From positions 2,680,952 through 2,744,951 of the forward strand of contig NC_068981.1 of assembly GCF_001194135.2 (NCBI RefSeq): DNA of 64,000 bases. Reading direction: 5' to 3'. The notes under the pieces were generated by a model. That model was not told where the DNA came from. It saw only the letters and a list, made by a program, of their open reading frames with translations, and did no database searches. The DNA is from Octopus bimaculoides. Its lineage: Eukaryota. This document shows, piece after piece, positions 34,756-48,409 of the stretch. Positions within the stretch are counted from its first letter, which is position 1; every line of letters starts with the position of its first letter. A program made the position numbers and the translations under genes.

Positions 34756-35479
34756 CATATATAGTCTTAATGGGTTTCATAATGTGCTATAATAATTTAG
34801 AGTGATTATCAGATATCCAGAAGACTCATTTACTAGGCAATCCTCTGGTTCCAGTGGTTACTGGATAGGTGGGAGTTTACTGTTGTTATCTTTGTACAAA
34901 TACTATTTTCTCATACACTTCATTTGTTTTTCACTTGTGTGTGGCTAACCTGTAGATATTCATACTTGAGTGTAGCTAAAATGTAAATATCTATAATCTG
35001 TTAAATATATTTATTGAGAAAAAATATAAAGGTTGTCAGTTGCGTTTATATTTAAAATATCTGACTTAACTCTTCAAAAATGATTAGAAATATCAGTTTG
35101 TTGAAATTTATAAATTTGTATAATACATATAATTATCTATTCTATTGATTACCGTTTATATAATATTTTGCTAGAAAGACTTTCTGATTTCTACCTAATA
35201 TTATACCTAAAGACAACCGACTGAAACCGATGTAATTACTCTCTCTTTCTCCTTTCTGTTGCATGTTAAGGTCTTAAGAGTTATCTCCCCTGTGATGTCT
35301 AATTTTATATTGCTGTTTAAGTTCCTGGTCACGAGAGAGCTCACAACGAACAAAAAGTGTAAAATATGTATTAGAAATTAAAGAGAACTTAAGCTAAACA
35401 TTTCGTCTGAGGTTTTTTTCTTCAGAACAAAAAAATATACTCCAAGTTTATATGATAGAACATTCATATATATTTCGTT

Positions 35480-35915
35480 TTTATATTTGCTTTATAAGAT
35501 TCTTTGTGCGAGTTTGTATGTTGAAGCTTATTTTATTGTGTCTGGGGCAGAGTCATTCTGTTTTTAATGCCTTATTAATTAACACACTCACCGGTTCGAT
35601 TTACATTCAATTACTTACTTATTTTTTCTAAAATTTTTGTTACTTTTTGTTACCGGTGAGTGTGTTAAGGCATTAAAACAGAATGACTTTCCCCAGGCAC
35701 AATAATATACACGCGCGCGTGCTCACATTTTTGTCTCTGGCTTGCAAGATTCTTTATGTGAATTTGTGTATTGAAACAAATTTTGTTGTGTCTGGAGATA
35801 ATCATAAGGCAATATGACATCCATTGAAAAGGTTGCAAAAGCAGCAAAAATTTTGGAAGACACACACAAAAGAAAAAATAAATAAATGAGTGGAAATCGA
35901 ACTGGTGAGTTTAAA
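35480..35915. repeat. Fold-back cluster of one unclassified repeat in alternating orientations
   Basis: Inverted arms 35533-35595 / 35652-35705; direct fragment ~35745-35805; inverted fragment ~35815-35915. Confidence 0.75.
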
Positions 35916-36174
35916 TGTTTCTTCTGGAGTATAGTTATATATATATATATATATATATATTGTGAAGTATATTTATGGCTGCTGTTTAGATCTTGCGCAG
36001 AGATTTATTATTATATATATATATATACTTACTATATGGAATAGTAAGTATAAACTAAATATATAATATTAATATAGGATGGTTTGGAAAGATGTAGGTA
36101 GACTTAATTTATTTTGTTTTTAAAACCAATAAGGTTGGGAAGGTCTTGCCTTTTTATTTATATATATATAAATG

Positions 36175-36342
36175 GCATGTAAAAAGTACCCACTCGGAGT
36201 GGTTGGTGTTACGAAGGGCATCCAGCTGTAGAAACTTTACCAGATCAGATTAGAGCCTGGTGCAGCCTACTGGCTTGCCAGTCCTCAGTTAAACTGTCCA
36301 ACACATTCCAGCATGGAAAACGGATTTTAAACGATGATGATG
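36175..36342 (+). mobile_element. RTE 3' tail copy
   Basis: gagtggttggtgttacgaagggcatccagctgtagaaac...aaacgatgatgatg. Confidence 0.85.
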
Positions 36343-36371
36343 TATGTGTCTGTCTGTCTCTGTCTCTCTCT

Positions 36372-36417
<46 letters not shown>

Positions 36418-36419
<2 letters not shown>

Positions 36420-36588
36420 TATATTATGTGACAATTATTAGGTTGCCATAATAAAACTCCGAGTTTCAGATGCCGGGACGGAAATCTGCGCTGGCATCTC
36501 ATCTTGACGAGATGCCAGAGCAGATTTCTGCTCTGACATCCGGAACTCTGAGTTTTATTATGACAACCGACTAATTGTCACATATAGT
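36418..36588. mobile_element. Fully palindromic hairpin MITE next to (TA)n
   Basis: ~80-bp arms (tatgtgacaatta...gctggcatctc / gagatgccag...taattgtcacata) around an 8-nt loop atcttgac. Confidence 0.85.
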
Positions 36589-37780
36589 ATAGATAAATTC
36601 CTCTATTTACATAATATCGAGGTCTCATTCATTCTTTTGTTGTCATACCATTACTATTAATATATATATAGAATATGCTGAAATTGAAAAGTACAATAAA
36701 AGTTGTATAGATGTGTGGATATATGTCTATGAAGTACTCTAAATATCTTGAGATGAGAATATTCTGAGCCAAAAGACGGAATAATACAAAAATGTTAAAA
36801 TATTGTTTATGATTAAAAAGAAAGGCTCGTCTAACTTGTAAGACTGAGCAAAGATGGCATCCAATTTTGATTTTATTATTTATTCACACACACACACAGA
36901 GGCTGACCTACTCCTTACATTGTGATTTAAGAAACCTGGTGGGGAAGGGTTGTAAGAATATAATTAAAACTGTCAGAATACTTTTTTTTTTTTCAAATGT
37001 ATTAGTGAAGGGTAAGAGGGCCAGTGACTACAACTTCAGTAGGTCCTCCCTGTCAAGTGACATTGATGTAGCAAATACCTGGCTTGATTATATGCAAGTC
37101 AATACCTGCAACCTATGTTCAAAGATGCTCCAGCTGTGATCAAAGCATTCAGTTATACTATATCTAAGATTATATTATTGTGTCCTTCCCTTTTTGAGTG
37201 AGAAGGGAGATTTGGCTGCTAAATCTAGCAAGTCAGGCAACCTAGATAGAGGCTCCCTCACTATCTCACATTGCACTTGACCATGAATTATATTCTAAAT
37301 GGCTCAGTTATAATTATCTATATTTTGTTAATCATATATTTAATGAAAAGAAAAGAAATTATTTTCCTTGTTACATTCAATATTAATCACGTGTTTATTT
37401 TTTTGATGTATTTTATTTATATATGAGAAGAAGAGCCTATAAAATCTGTTTTTTAGCAACCTTAAAGGGATAGACTAGATTAATGTTTTCAATTTTCAAT
37501 TTGAATTGTTGTAAGCTTTATATAATGTTGATGAGATTGGAGTTTCAGAAGGATGCAGTTCTAAGAGTGAACAGAGTATTTAGTACTGGGTGTGGAAGTT
37601 GAGACACACTGGAAATATCAGAGAAAAAACAGACAATATTAAGTATTTTGTGTGAGGAATGTGAGAAGATAAGACAGGTACTGAGTATGGAAGGTGTGGT
37701 TTACTGTAGTTAGTAGATGCCTGGGAAATGAAATGTGCAGAGATGAGTTCAGACTGCCTGAATGGAGCAGATGCCACTGT

Positions 37781-37938
37781 CAGTGCTGTCTTAAGACATG
37801 GGCACACAGTGCAGTTGCCCAGGGGCCCAATTCTGATTTATGTATATTTATGTTGTGGCTTGCTATAAATAAGTAGATACTATAGGTCCCAGTGCATTGA
37901 TATGCCCTGGGGTTTATAATGCTGCTAAGAAAGCACTG
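37781..37938. mobile_element. hAT-type MITE (158 bp)
   Basis: TIRs cagtgctgtctta / taagaaagcactg (12/13); TSD gccactgt / gtcactgt (7/8). Confidence 0.82.
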
Positions 37939-37989
37939 GTCACTGTATTGTTTTAGAAGAAGCAGAGAAAGGAGTCTCTATGACTTTAT

Positions 37990-38280
37990 TTTTTAAAGCC
38001 TGGTATTTATTCCATCAGTCTTTTTTGCTGAACCACTTTCAAGGATGTAAACAAACCAACACTGGTTGTCATATGATGATGTGGGACAAACACAGATGCA
38101 CACATACACACATTTTATCTATAAACATATACAACGGATTCTTTCAGTTTTCATCTAACAAATCCAGGCTTTGGTCAACCTGGTGCTATAGTAAAAGACA
38201 CTTGTTCAAGGTACCGCACAGTGGGACTGAACCTGGAACCATGTGGTTGGAAAGGAAGCTTCTTACCACACCTGCACCTA
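37990..38280 (-). mobile_element. SINE family B
   Basis: cagtgggactgaacctggaaccatgtgg (B box, reverse complement), gacacttgttcaagg, internal CA run. Confidence 0.85.
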
Positions 38281-39100
38281 TTTCTTTACTTGTAGTCTAT
38301 AAGTATATAAGGATTAAACTGTTTTATTTTTGGGGTCTTTTGCTGTGTATGTGACTTGTGCATTTATTTGAATGTTCAACCAAGCAATAAATCTTCCAGT
38401 GTTTAAATCCTATTTTTCAAATTAATTTTTCATTTAGATTATTTATTTACTCAGGTTTATTATTTTCTCGAACATATGGACTTTTGTGATAACATTCATA
38501 TGACTGCATTCCACTCTTCAGAGACAATGCACAAAGATAATGGGTCATTTTTTTGGCTTGCTTGCTACTTACTTCACAGTTCATAATTACTGCTTTTTGT
38601 AACACTTGTCATCTTAAAAGTTAATCGCATCGTTACCTCCCATCCCCCTGCACATAGTGGGAAACAATGTTTCCCTGTCAGATTCCTTTTCTCCCTCTCC
38701 CTCCCTCTCTCTCTCTCTCTGTTTCATAATCTCTGTTGACTACCTCCCTCTTATGACTGTGACTCTCTAAATCCTTTCTCTTCTCCCCTTACTATATCCT
38801 ACACTACTTCCCCTTTTCACTCATACTGCCTCTCCATTCAACTCCTCTCCTTTCTGCATCCCTCTCTTTCTCCTCCATCCTCTTCCCCTCTCTCCCTTTT
38901 CAATCCTTAATGGACAGTGTAAAAAGCGTCGTCGTTCCCTTCACCGAGTACATTTATTATTACTTTCTCATAAAAGTTATAACTCCTCAAACCATGCTGA
39001 AGGCTGCGTCTCCAGGAAGCTTCCATTTACAGAGTTTTATAGCTGTTATTGGTTGTCAATGTAAATACAACTTTAATAACAGCTATAACTGTTCATCAAA

Positions 39101-39189
39101 CTCTCTCTCTCTCTCTCACGCACGCACACAATCTCTCTCTCTCTCTCTCACGCACGCACACAATCTCTCTCTCTCTCTCACGCACGCAC

Positions 39190-39257
<68 letters not shown>
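39101..39257. repeat. (CT)n microsatellite with 3 higher-order units (ctct..cacgcacgcacacaat)
   Basis: Direct reading. Confidence 0.92.
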
Positions 39258-39687
39258 ATCCACGATACCATATTGCGTGATTATAACACCATACCATATA
39301 CACACAAGCAACTACTATATATTATCTCAAATCACATCAAGAAAACATTGACATTATAAACACAATTAAAAGGGCCAAATAGTTTCTCAAGGCTGGGACT
39401 AAACAAAAGCCATCTCCAGCCAAGATAAATAAAAGAAACAACATCTAAGCACTTCATGTGCTCTGGGTTCCTGCAGTATCACATCTAAAACATTTAAAAT
39501 GGCAAATGGGAAACTCTAACAAACATAATTAGCTTTTCTTACTAATACAGTGAATTACCATTGGAAACTACAGATAAGATTACATTGGTGCTTAAGCCAG
39601 ACAAAAACTCTACCGTCTTTTGCCTATCAACCTCTTTGATTCCTATCTTACTCCACTGGACCTCCATAGCCATTCAGTATATCTTTT

Positions 39688-40075
39688 ATCTTTTACTTGT
39701 TCCTGTCATTTGACTGTGGCCATGCTGGAGCACCGCCTTGTAGGGTTTTAGTTGAACAAATCAACCCCAGGACATTTTTAAGCCTGGCACTTATTCTATC
39801 GGCCTCTTTTGCTGAACCACTAGGTTATGGGGATATAAACCCACCAACACCGGTCGTCAAGTGGTAGTGGGAGTAGTAGGAAAAAAACACATACACAGAT
39901 ATATACGTATATATGATGGGTTTCTTTCAGTTTCCATCTACCAAATTAACTCACAAGGCTTTACTTGGCCTGAGGCTTTGGCAGAAAACACTTGCCCAAG
40001 GTGCCACACAGTGGGACTGAACCCAGAACCATGTGATTGGGAGCAAGCTTCCTACCACACAGTCATGCCTGTGCC
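39688..40075 (-). mobile_element. Full-length SINE family B
   Basis: From 3' tail ttttacttg..tgactgtggccatgctggagcaccgcc to tRNA head ..ccacacagtcatgcctgtgcc. Confidence 0.92.
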
Positions 40076-40690
40076 TATAAAAAAAAATTAAAATATTTTG
40101 TGTATTGTAGATGTATAAGTAATTTATTGCAGATAAATTTTAACAATAAAATTTTATATGGGTTCCCTAAGGCCATATGAACCCTGGTTGAGAACCACTG
40201 CTCTAAATAGATAAAATATAGTACCATATTTGGCAGCATATAAGATGCACTTTTTTTTTCTCAAAGAATCACCTTGGGTCCTATATGCAAAGTGGAGCCT
40301 ATAATACATGCTTTACTGCACTAAAAACGTTTTCCTGAATATTCATTGCTGAAATTAGGGTGTGTCTAATATACCCACATGTCTTGTAGGGCACTATATA
40401 ATAGAAAAACCAGAAATTTATTCAAAGAAAAAAATTGAAAAAAAACCTATATATTCAACCTTCACATCTAACATAACTTCTAACCTTTTCAGTCCCCTAT
40501 TATACTACTCTCTGATGTTACTCAACCAATAAAACAAGATAGCATTCCACTCTATTTCTTTCTTATTTGTGTAACTAAGGAAACACACTTTATACAAATG
40601 ATAGCTAACCAGCTAGCTCTGAGGATATTACGAGGGTCTGTGTTATTGACTACTCTCTTCAAAACACACACACACACACACACACACGTA

Positions 40691-40872
40691 GGTGCAGGCG
40701 TGGCTATGTGGTTTAGAAGTTTGCTTCCCAGCTACATGGTTTTGAGGCCAACGGCACTTGTGCAAGTTTCTTCTATCATAGTCTTGGGCTGAGCAAAACT
40801 TTGTGAATGGATTTGGTGAACAGAAACTGAAAGAAATCCATCATATATGTATGTATATACACACACACACAC
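40691..40872 (+). mobile_element. SINE family B 5' half
   Basis: ggtgcaggcgtggctatgtgg...ggatttggtgaacagaaactgaaagaa, then (CA)n. Confidence 0.8.
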
Positions 40873-42987
40873 ACGTGTTGGATGTGTTCCTAGTATATGT
40901 TGGATATGTTCCTTCTTGTTTCCTTACTTTGCTTGGAAACAAGAAGGACATCTGGCCATAGAAAACCTGCTTCATACTTCATTCAAGCTGCGCAGGCATG
41001 GGAAAGCCAGCTTTAAAATGCTGATCATGATATGATATACCAATATTCATAATCTCATTTTACAGCTATTATCTACAATGTAATGGGGGATCAAGATCAG
41101 AATAATATAGCTGACAACACTGAAGGCAAAGGAGACCAAAAGCTATCTGGAGCTGTCACCAAACTGCCAGACATCAGACTCACTCCCTACTGTATTCTAT
41201 GCTTGAGTTTAATTTAAATTCTAAGATTTCTCTCTTACATTTCTTGACCAGAATTAAGATTATGATGTGTTTTCCATTTTCACTTTGGTTATAAATTTAG
41301 TTAATTAAAATACAATCTTGCACTGTAACACTCTTGCCAATATTACATTCATTCATGTCCCAAAAGACTAAAATGTTTGGTCATAAAATGCACCAGTGTA
41401 GCCATATAAAATACAGATATCATAACAACTGAAACAAAATAACCAGAATAAATATTTCAAGAACATTCATTAGCACAGCATTCAGTCATTGAAAGGAAAC
41501 TGTATTGATTTATAAAGATTATATCAAGTCCATTATGAATTGTGCTTGTTCTGCCTAGGTTCTCAGCTTATCTTCCACATATAACAATAACACTAACTAC
41601 AAATGTATTTAAAGAAATGCTTCCTGTATTGTGGTAGACTAAACACATACTGCACTTGGTGATCACAAATATTTTGAAACTGAAGTAACACAAGTCAGAG
41701 ATGTGTGAATGCCTTGTTGGCTTCAATTTGTGCACTTTATATAATTTCACAAACAGTAACACATTTACACCATTTCCTAAATCCAAGCTACAGGTTGGCA
41801 AACTGTTTTGGAGGTGGACTGGATTGGATATGTTTTTTATGTCTGCAGACCAAAGCAAATAAAAAAAAAAATGCAACCCTGATCACACAAGATTAAAGCA
41901 GCACCTTTTTGTTTGTTTTGTTTTTTTAATGTTTTAAATGTCACTGTGATGAAGGAAATGCCTCATGTTTCGTATAATCAGTAAGTGTCAGGTATGAGAC
42001 AGCATGTAGCAAAATTACAACATTTTCAGTTAGACTGAAAGGAAACAAGTGTAACTTCAGGCTAAATGTGGTGCCAGGCAGCTTATATGCTTTCCTTAAG
42101 AGACAAGTAAACTTTTTTTGTTATTCCTCCCTTTATTACAATTGATTATTCTTGTATGCTATAATGTGACAGCATAGGAGACATAGTTTGCCTCTGTTGC
42201 TCCATTCATTTGGAAAGGTGAAAATATTTACTCTTGCTTTATTCTTTTCATAAGGTGAAAGCTTGGTATATTGCACCTGGAGAAACTTTTGTCTTTTTAC
42301 CACCACCACTTTGCAAATAAAAGAATCATTTTGTTTTTTTTGTCATATTCATCTGATGTCACTACAAAACAGAGACTTTTACTTTATTTTTCAATTCGGA
42401 ATATAATTGTTTGCTCACTGTAGAATAGATAAGGGAAACAAAGAATTTTGATTGCGATGTCTCATTGTCAGTAAAGCTGGCAGAGCAGATGAAATTAGGC
42501 CACAGGCTGGTTTGACATGCAGGCTGTAGTTTACTGACCTCTGATCCAAGTGAACAAAAAACATCATAAATTGAAATACCAACAGCATAATTACTTCTTT
42601 AAACCCAAAGCCTGTTCTGTTATCATCAACTAAAATATATCTTAAAGAATCACAGCTGACTTATACTAACTAAATTTGGTCTTTTCTACTTCACCAAATT
42701 TTCTACACTTATTAAAGTAGCCTTAGTAGTAAATTAGATAAAGTTTACTGCCCTTTAATTCATGAAACTACACATTAACATAGGTGTGTGTTGTATTGTT
42801 TAATATAAGAGATGCATTGCATATCTGAAATGCCATGACTGAATCTAACTGAGATACATTGGATGAAAATTGCTAAAATTCATGGCCCTCCAATGGTGAA
42901 TGAAATTTTTAGTTTGCTTTTTGAATAGTCATATTTTATTTTTAATCTTTCATCCATATATTACCTTCCTCATTATCATCATCATGC

Positions 42988-43237
42988 GGGCATATGGCAT
43001 AGTGGTTAAGAGCGTGGGCGACTAGCCACAAGATTCCGAATTCGATTCCAAGCAGTGACCTGAATAATAATAATAATAATAATAATAACAACAACAACAT
43101 CAAAAAATACCTTAGGAATGAGAACCCAGGTTTGAAATTTCCCCAAGACACCTGATGAAGGCTGGAGGGTATATCAGCCGAAACGTGTTAACAACAAACA
43201 AGATGAGGACAAATATCCGTCAAATGTAAATAATGTA
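42988..43237 (+). mobile_element. SINE family D; hammerhead motif with 3-nt deletion after GAAACG
   Basis: A box tggcatagtgg, B box gaattcgattcc, (AAT)n(AAC)n, ctgatgaaggctgg...cagccgaaacgtgtt at 43152-43189. Confidence 0.9.
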
Positions 43238-43915
43238 TCATCATCATAGTTTAATGTCCACTTTCCATGCTGGCATGGGTTGGATGGTTTGACTGAGGTC
43301 TGGAGAACCAGCAGCTGCAGCAGGCTCCAATATAATCTGGCAATGTTTCTACAGCTGGATGCCCTTCCTAACGCCAACCACTCCAAGAGTGTAGTGGGTG
43401 TTTTTAATGTGCCAGTGGCACAGGAGCCAGTCAGGTGGTACTGGCATCGATCATGTTTGGATAGTGCTTTTTACATGCCACTGGCACAAGAGCCAGTCAG
43501 CAGGGACCGGCATCGGCCTCATTCTGATAGTGCTCTTTACGTGCCACCTGCACGGGGGCCTGTCAGGCAGTCCTGGCATCGATCATGTTCAGATAGTGCT
43601 TTTTACGTGCCACCAGCATATCTGAAAGGCCATGACTGAATCTAATTGCGATACATTGGATGAAAATTGCAGGAAGTACTGGCATCAGCCACAAGCCTCA
43701 ATTCATTTTCCCATAACTGGCACAGCCAAATGCTGGAGTGCTGTTCTACACACACGCTCTGGGAGTCCCTGTCCTCCATCATATGCAGAATGGCTGAAGT
43801 ACTGAAACTTCTCCAGTCCTTGTTCTTGTTAGAGCAAGATATTCTTTGTCTTCCTGTAACTGTTCCCTGGAGAATGGTTTTGGACAGGGAGCCATGTCAG
43901 TATACATATTCATGA
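43238..43915 (-). mobile_element. RTE 3' tail and tandem UTR, interrupted by a 55-bp insert at 43616-43670
   Basis: (CAT)n tail abutting SINE D; ~60-bp repeated units 43398-43615. Confidence 0.8.
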
Positions 43916-46259
43916 CAGGTTAGCTTTCATTGTTTTACTGTGGTAAGGAATGGTTCCTGCCTGTCACAGCATATGGCTTACTGCCTGACAAGGCTGTTTG
44001 TCTTGTGTTCTGTGTTTCAACTTCAAATGTTTCATTTCCTCGTTAAATTGTTTTTTGAACTAAAACTACAGAACATGTATGACTAATCTTGTATCACAAG
44101 GCAAGGTAATATTGAAGCTGTTTGTTAAAGCTTTCCTATATTTTAAGACACTCGTTCTAACATGGACTTAGATTGATGTGATCAATAGACAAGAAAAGTA
44201 GCTACTTTTGTAAAACTCTGTGTGCGTGTGGGAAGGAACAATAAAAGGTATGCCATTTCGCTTAACTTTTTCTGAAATATTTATTCTTACCTCCCAAAGT
44301 TAAATCCATTATGTTAGTACTTAAAGAAGAAATCAAAGTGTTATATTAGCATCAATGAGTTTGCTCTAAGTATTCTCTAGGCTATTTCTATAACAGCTGC
44401 GACTCCTCTCATCAATCACAGCACTTTGTTTTTCTGGTCTCTTTCATCTTTTGATATAATATTACACCATTGTATTTTTGGGACATCATTAATTCTCAGT
44501 TTCTGTTTGAGCTCTATAAATTAAATTTATATTGTACAAGCAACAACATATTTCTCCTTATATGCTGAAGTTTCCTACCTTTGACCATTCTATTGTCATG
44601 AATTATTACTGTACATTTTATACATAGAACAACTGTAGACACACTGAACTGAAACATACTGAATTTCTTCAAACCACTCTTAACAACTTTACTACTGTTT
44701 CTTACCCAATTCATTGAATTACTTAAGTCTTTTCTTTAACAGAATATATTTGCTGTCTCTGATCTTTCACTGTTATAAGCTATATCTTTTGAATGTAAAT
44801 AATTACTTGAGCATACAAAATATTTTTATTGGTTTATTTTTCTGGCCTTCTATTTAGTATGATTTTTAACTTCCTCTTTGTTCACCTATTCATATATACA
44901 GTTGTTTCAACTCATTCATAGAGTCTTACTGGTAAAAAAACTTGTTCACTATTGAATGACATTGTGGTTACAGTTTACTCTAGATATTTCAATAGATTTT
45001 GCATGAATGTAATGTTTATTTTTATTTGTATACGTGTTTAAATAGAATTTACGGTTAAAAGACAATGAAAATGCCATAACCATTTAAAACAACATCTTAA
45101 ATTATGTGTAGGTGTAATAAAGAATAGAAGGCAATTTGAAGAAAGTTTCCAATATCTTTCTTAAGCTATGGGTTATAAGTTCATTTATTGAAGGAACCAT
45201 TACATTCTGTTCTTGGGTGTAATACTTAACTATAACACTTAAGCTTGCAACTTCATATATTAGTTAAATAAGTTCAGGGTCGTTGCACTGAATGACATTT
45301 GCAAAACAAATTCTCCATTAATTCCTGCAAATTTTCTCTTTATATGGTTAGTTTTTCCCTTTATATAGTTGGTTTTTTGTTTACTTACTCCAGCTAAAAG
45401 AGAAATTTCTACTTTTGTGAAGGTATTCAGTATTTCACCCCTTAACTTATCAAAATTGTACCTTTTGAGTTAATTTCTCTCGTCTCATTTGATTTTTTAA
45501 GTATAAAAATTATACTCAGCAAAAATTGTTACAACTTTTTTCTCTATGAAAAAGCTTATTGTCAGTTGATCAAAACGGGCTTTAGTAGATCATACTATTC
45601 TGATGAGGCCCAATAAGATTGAAACCTGACCATAGCTGTTACTTTGCCTACAAACAGAAATCATGTGAATTGATTGTATAAAGTTGATTCTAAATTTCTT
45701 GAAAATATCTCCCCTTTTCTTTGAAACTTAACAAACTCAGCAGTATTTATTTATTTTCTTTCTATGACAAAGGAAAATTCCATTTAAAATTTCAAAGGTC
45801 ACTCAATATTTCGTTGCCTAATGTATTTATCTGAATTCATACCATTAACCCAAATGAACTACTTTTTGTAGCTCATTTTAATTTTTTTGTTTTAAATTCA
45901 TCCTACATAGTGATCAATACATTGAAGTACTTATAAGCTATGATTTCTTTAAATCTTTCAATGTTTTTCCAAAGGAAGACAAATTCTTTGATTCCATATT
46001 AAAAAGTAATTGCCATATTGTTTCTTTTATATTCTGTTTTATCTTATGACTGTTGTTGTTGATTTTATCAAAGTCATCTGTGCCTTCTCTCCTTTCCCAA
46101 TCAATAACATATGCCATCAAATCTCCATCCCACATAATGTCTGGGGTTGTACCCAATTTAAGAAAATGTGGAAAAATCAGTACAATGACGAACAAAATGC
46201 CTTGTGGTATTTATATTTAATTCATCATTGGATAGAAGGAGGTTAAGTTCATAGCTATC

Positions 46260-46800
46260 AAAAGCCATCCAACACTGGAGAGATGGATGTGGTGTTTTAT
46301 ATGCCTCTTCAGTAATTGCAAATTGATGGCTGCAATGAAAAAAAAAGACTGGGGAGGAAAATTCAGAGGTTCAATGTTCTGGGCATAAGTGTTTATGCAG
46401 GAATCTATGGGAAGGTGGGGGTGGATACAATATGGATGATGAGAGGAGATGAGTGCTTGAGTGAAGGAGGCCCAAGACCAGCTAGCTTTGGGGAGCAGAG
46501 TCCTCTGTAGTAGCAGTAGAAAAGGCAAAGAGAGGAGACATCATGCCTGTGGGAAAAAGATGGAGTGTGTTAGTGAGCGATTTCATAGCAATCAGATTAC
46601 CTATTTTATGATGTAATCTAGGATATCTGGATGTGTAGTAGCAGCACCATTCCAGATATGTGAACTTTACACCATTGTGGGTTTCAGCCTGAGCTTTGTT
46701 AATGATTAGTAATTGTTGTGGAACAAAATATTTTGTGATCCTGAAGAAGGCCTGTCTTTGTGATGCATTCTTGTCAAGAATGTGTGTTCACAAGAAGAGA
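46260..46800 (-). mobile_element. CR1/Jockey-group LINE fragment (same family as 20780-21150)
   Basis: Minus strand gttcacatatctggaatggtgctgctactacacatccagatatcctag = SHIWNGAATTHPDILD. Confidence 0.6.
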
Positions 46801-48409
46801 TACATAGCTTTTACCTTCTGGACTGCATCCCCTTTTCTGTGCTGAAATCAATTCCTGCTGAGATCACTTTTACTTTTATCCTTCAGGGGCTAATAAAATA
46901 AGTACCAGTCAAGTACTACAATTGATTGATAGACTACACCCCTTACCTAACATTTTGACTATATGCCTATGTTAGAAATCAATATTATTACTTTTTTAAT
47001 AAGCTTATGGCAACATCTTTCTGTCAAGTTTCTTCACCATAACTGATAAATATATAATTTTGGTATCAAATTTTTAAAAACTAAGATATAGATTCCAGTT
47101 GATGACATGTTCATCCAAACATGCAGAGTTGTAATACTGAAGCAGAGTACTTCATAGGTGCTGAGAACAAGGTTCAGAGATTAAAATTGGAAAGGATCCA
47201 CTGTGTCTAAATGTGATACTGATTAACTGTATTTAGACAAGCTGACAGTTATGCATTAAATGTATTAGATATTGGATTATAGATTGGCCTATGTTGACTA
47301 AAAAGGGTCACTTGATTGTGGATTAAAGAAGGCATGTGTTGTGACAGCTCCACCTCTGTCCATCTATCAGCATGGGGTACGAACATTTTTAGCTTGTCGC
47401 ATTATTTCTAGCCTAGTGGAGAAGTTGGTGATACATATATAACTTGTAAATCTGTCCCCTATGCCAGATTGTTATTTTACAAGTCTCCTAACAACTTCTG
47501 ACTCATTTTGTTTTTACAATGTTGAAAACAGTAAAACCATGCTTCATGGATTTTTAATATTTCTCCTCTTTTTTTTTTATCATTCCCCCACCCTCCACAT
47601 GTGCATAGCTTTACAAAAGTAATAATAGTTACTGTGTGTATCCCCACATCAATCCACATCCAGAACTTGACTTAATTTTAGAGGCTTCAAGTCAAAAAGG
47701 CATCAAATGATTTAATATTTTGCACAGTGGTATTAGTGAATTCATGCATGAAAACAGCAGGTTTTCTTAAATACACGCTTAAAGTTCTGAGCTTGCAGAG
47801 TAAAAAACAAAAATACAATTCAGTAATTGGGCTTCTACTTCAGATTGTTCCATTAATAACTGAGTACTACAACCTTAATCATAGAGAAGTTCCTTGTGAG
47901 AAGAGATGTTAAACGATTTACCCATTACTTTAAGGTGATGCTGTATGTCTGCTGGTTTGGGAAAGCACAATGTCTGTAGGCTGAGAAGATTTCAGCAAAC
48001 AAAATGAGAGCAAGAATTCAACTTGCACATTCCAACCCTTGAGATTTCTTCTAGGAACTCTTATATTTTGTCTATAGTCACTGAATTACAATTACCATGC
48101 CATGTTTAGGCTGTGTAGAAGTTTTGTGGGTGGGGAGTTTTCTCACATTAGAATACACTAGTGTATATTCAAACATTAAAGTGCAAGAAATTGAATCCCC
48201 CACTCCAAAAATCAAAATTGGGGACAGTATTATGTATAACAAAAAAGAAAAAAAGGATAATAATAAAATAAACAAATTTAACAAAGCTACAGAAGCAAAG
48301 ATATTAAGGGCAGTAATCCAAGACCGCTAATGACTAATGTATGCAACTATGAAACACTGTATGTTTAGTGAACACACGCAATGACAGTTGTTAATATGCA
48401 TGTGGTGTC

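Noticed and set aside
40188-40202. Complete hAT MITE ending ggttgagaaccactg
   Set aside because: Only the right TIR is visible; no left TIR or TSD found, so not delimited.
42255-42400. Possible next TPR exon after ttcttttcataag (VKAWYIAPG...)
   Set aside because: No TPR similarity beyond AWY, no clear donor, and it runs into a stop.
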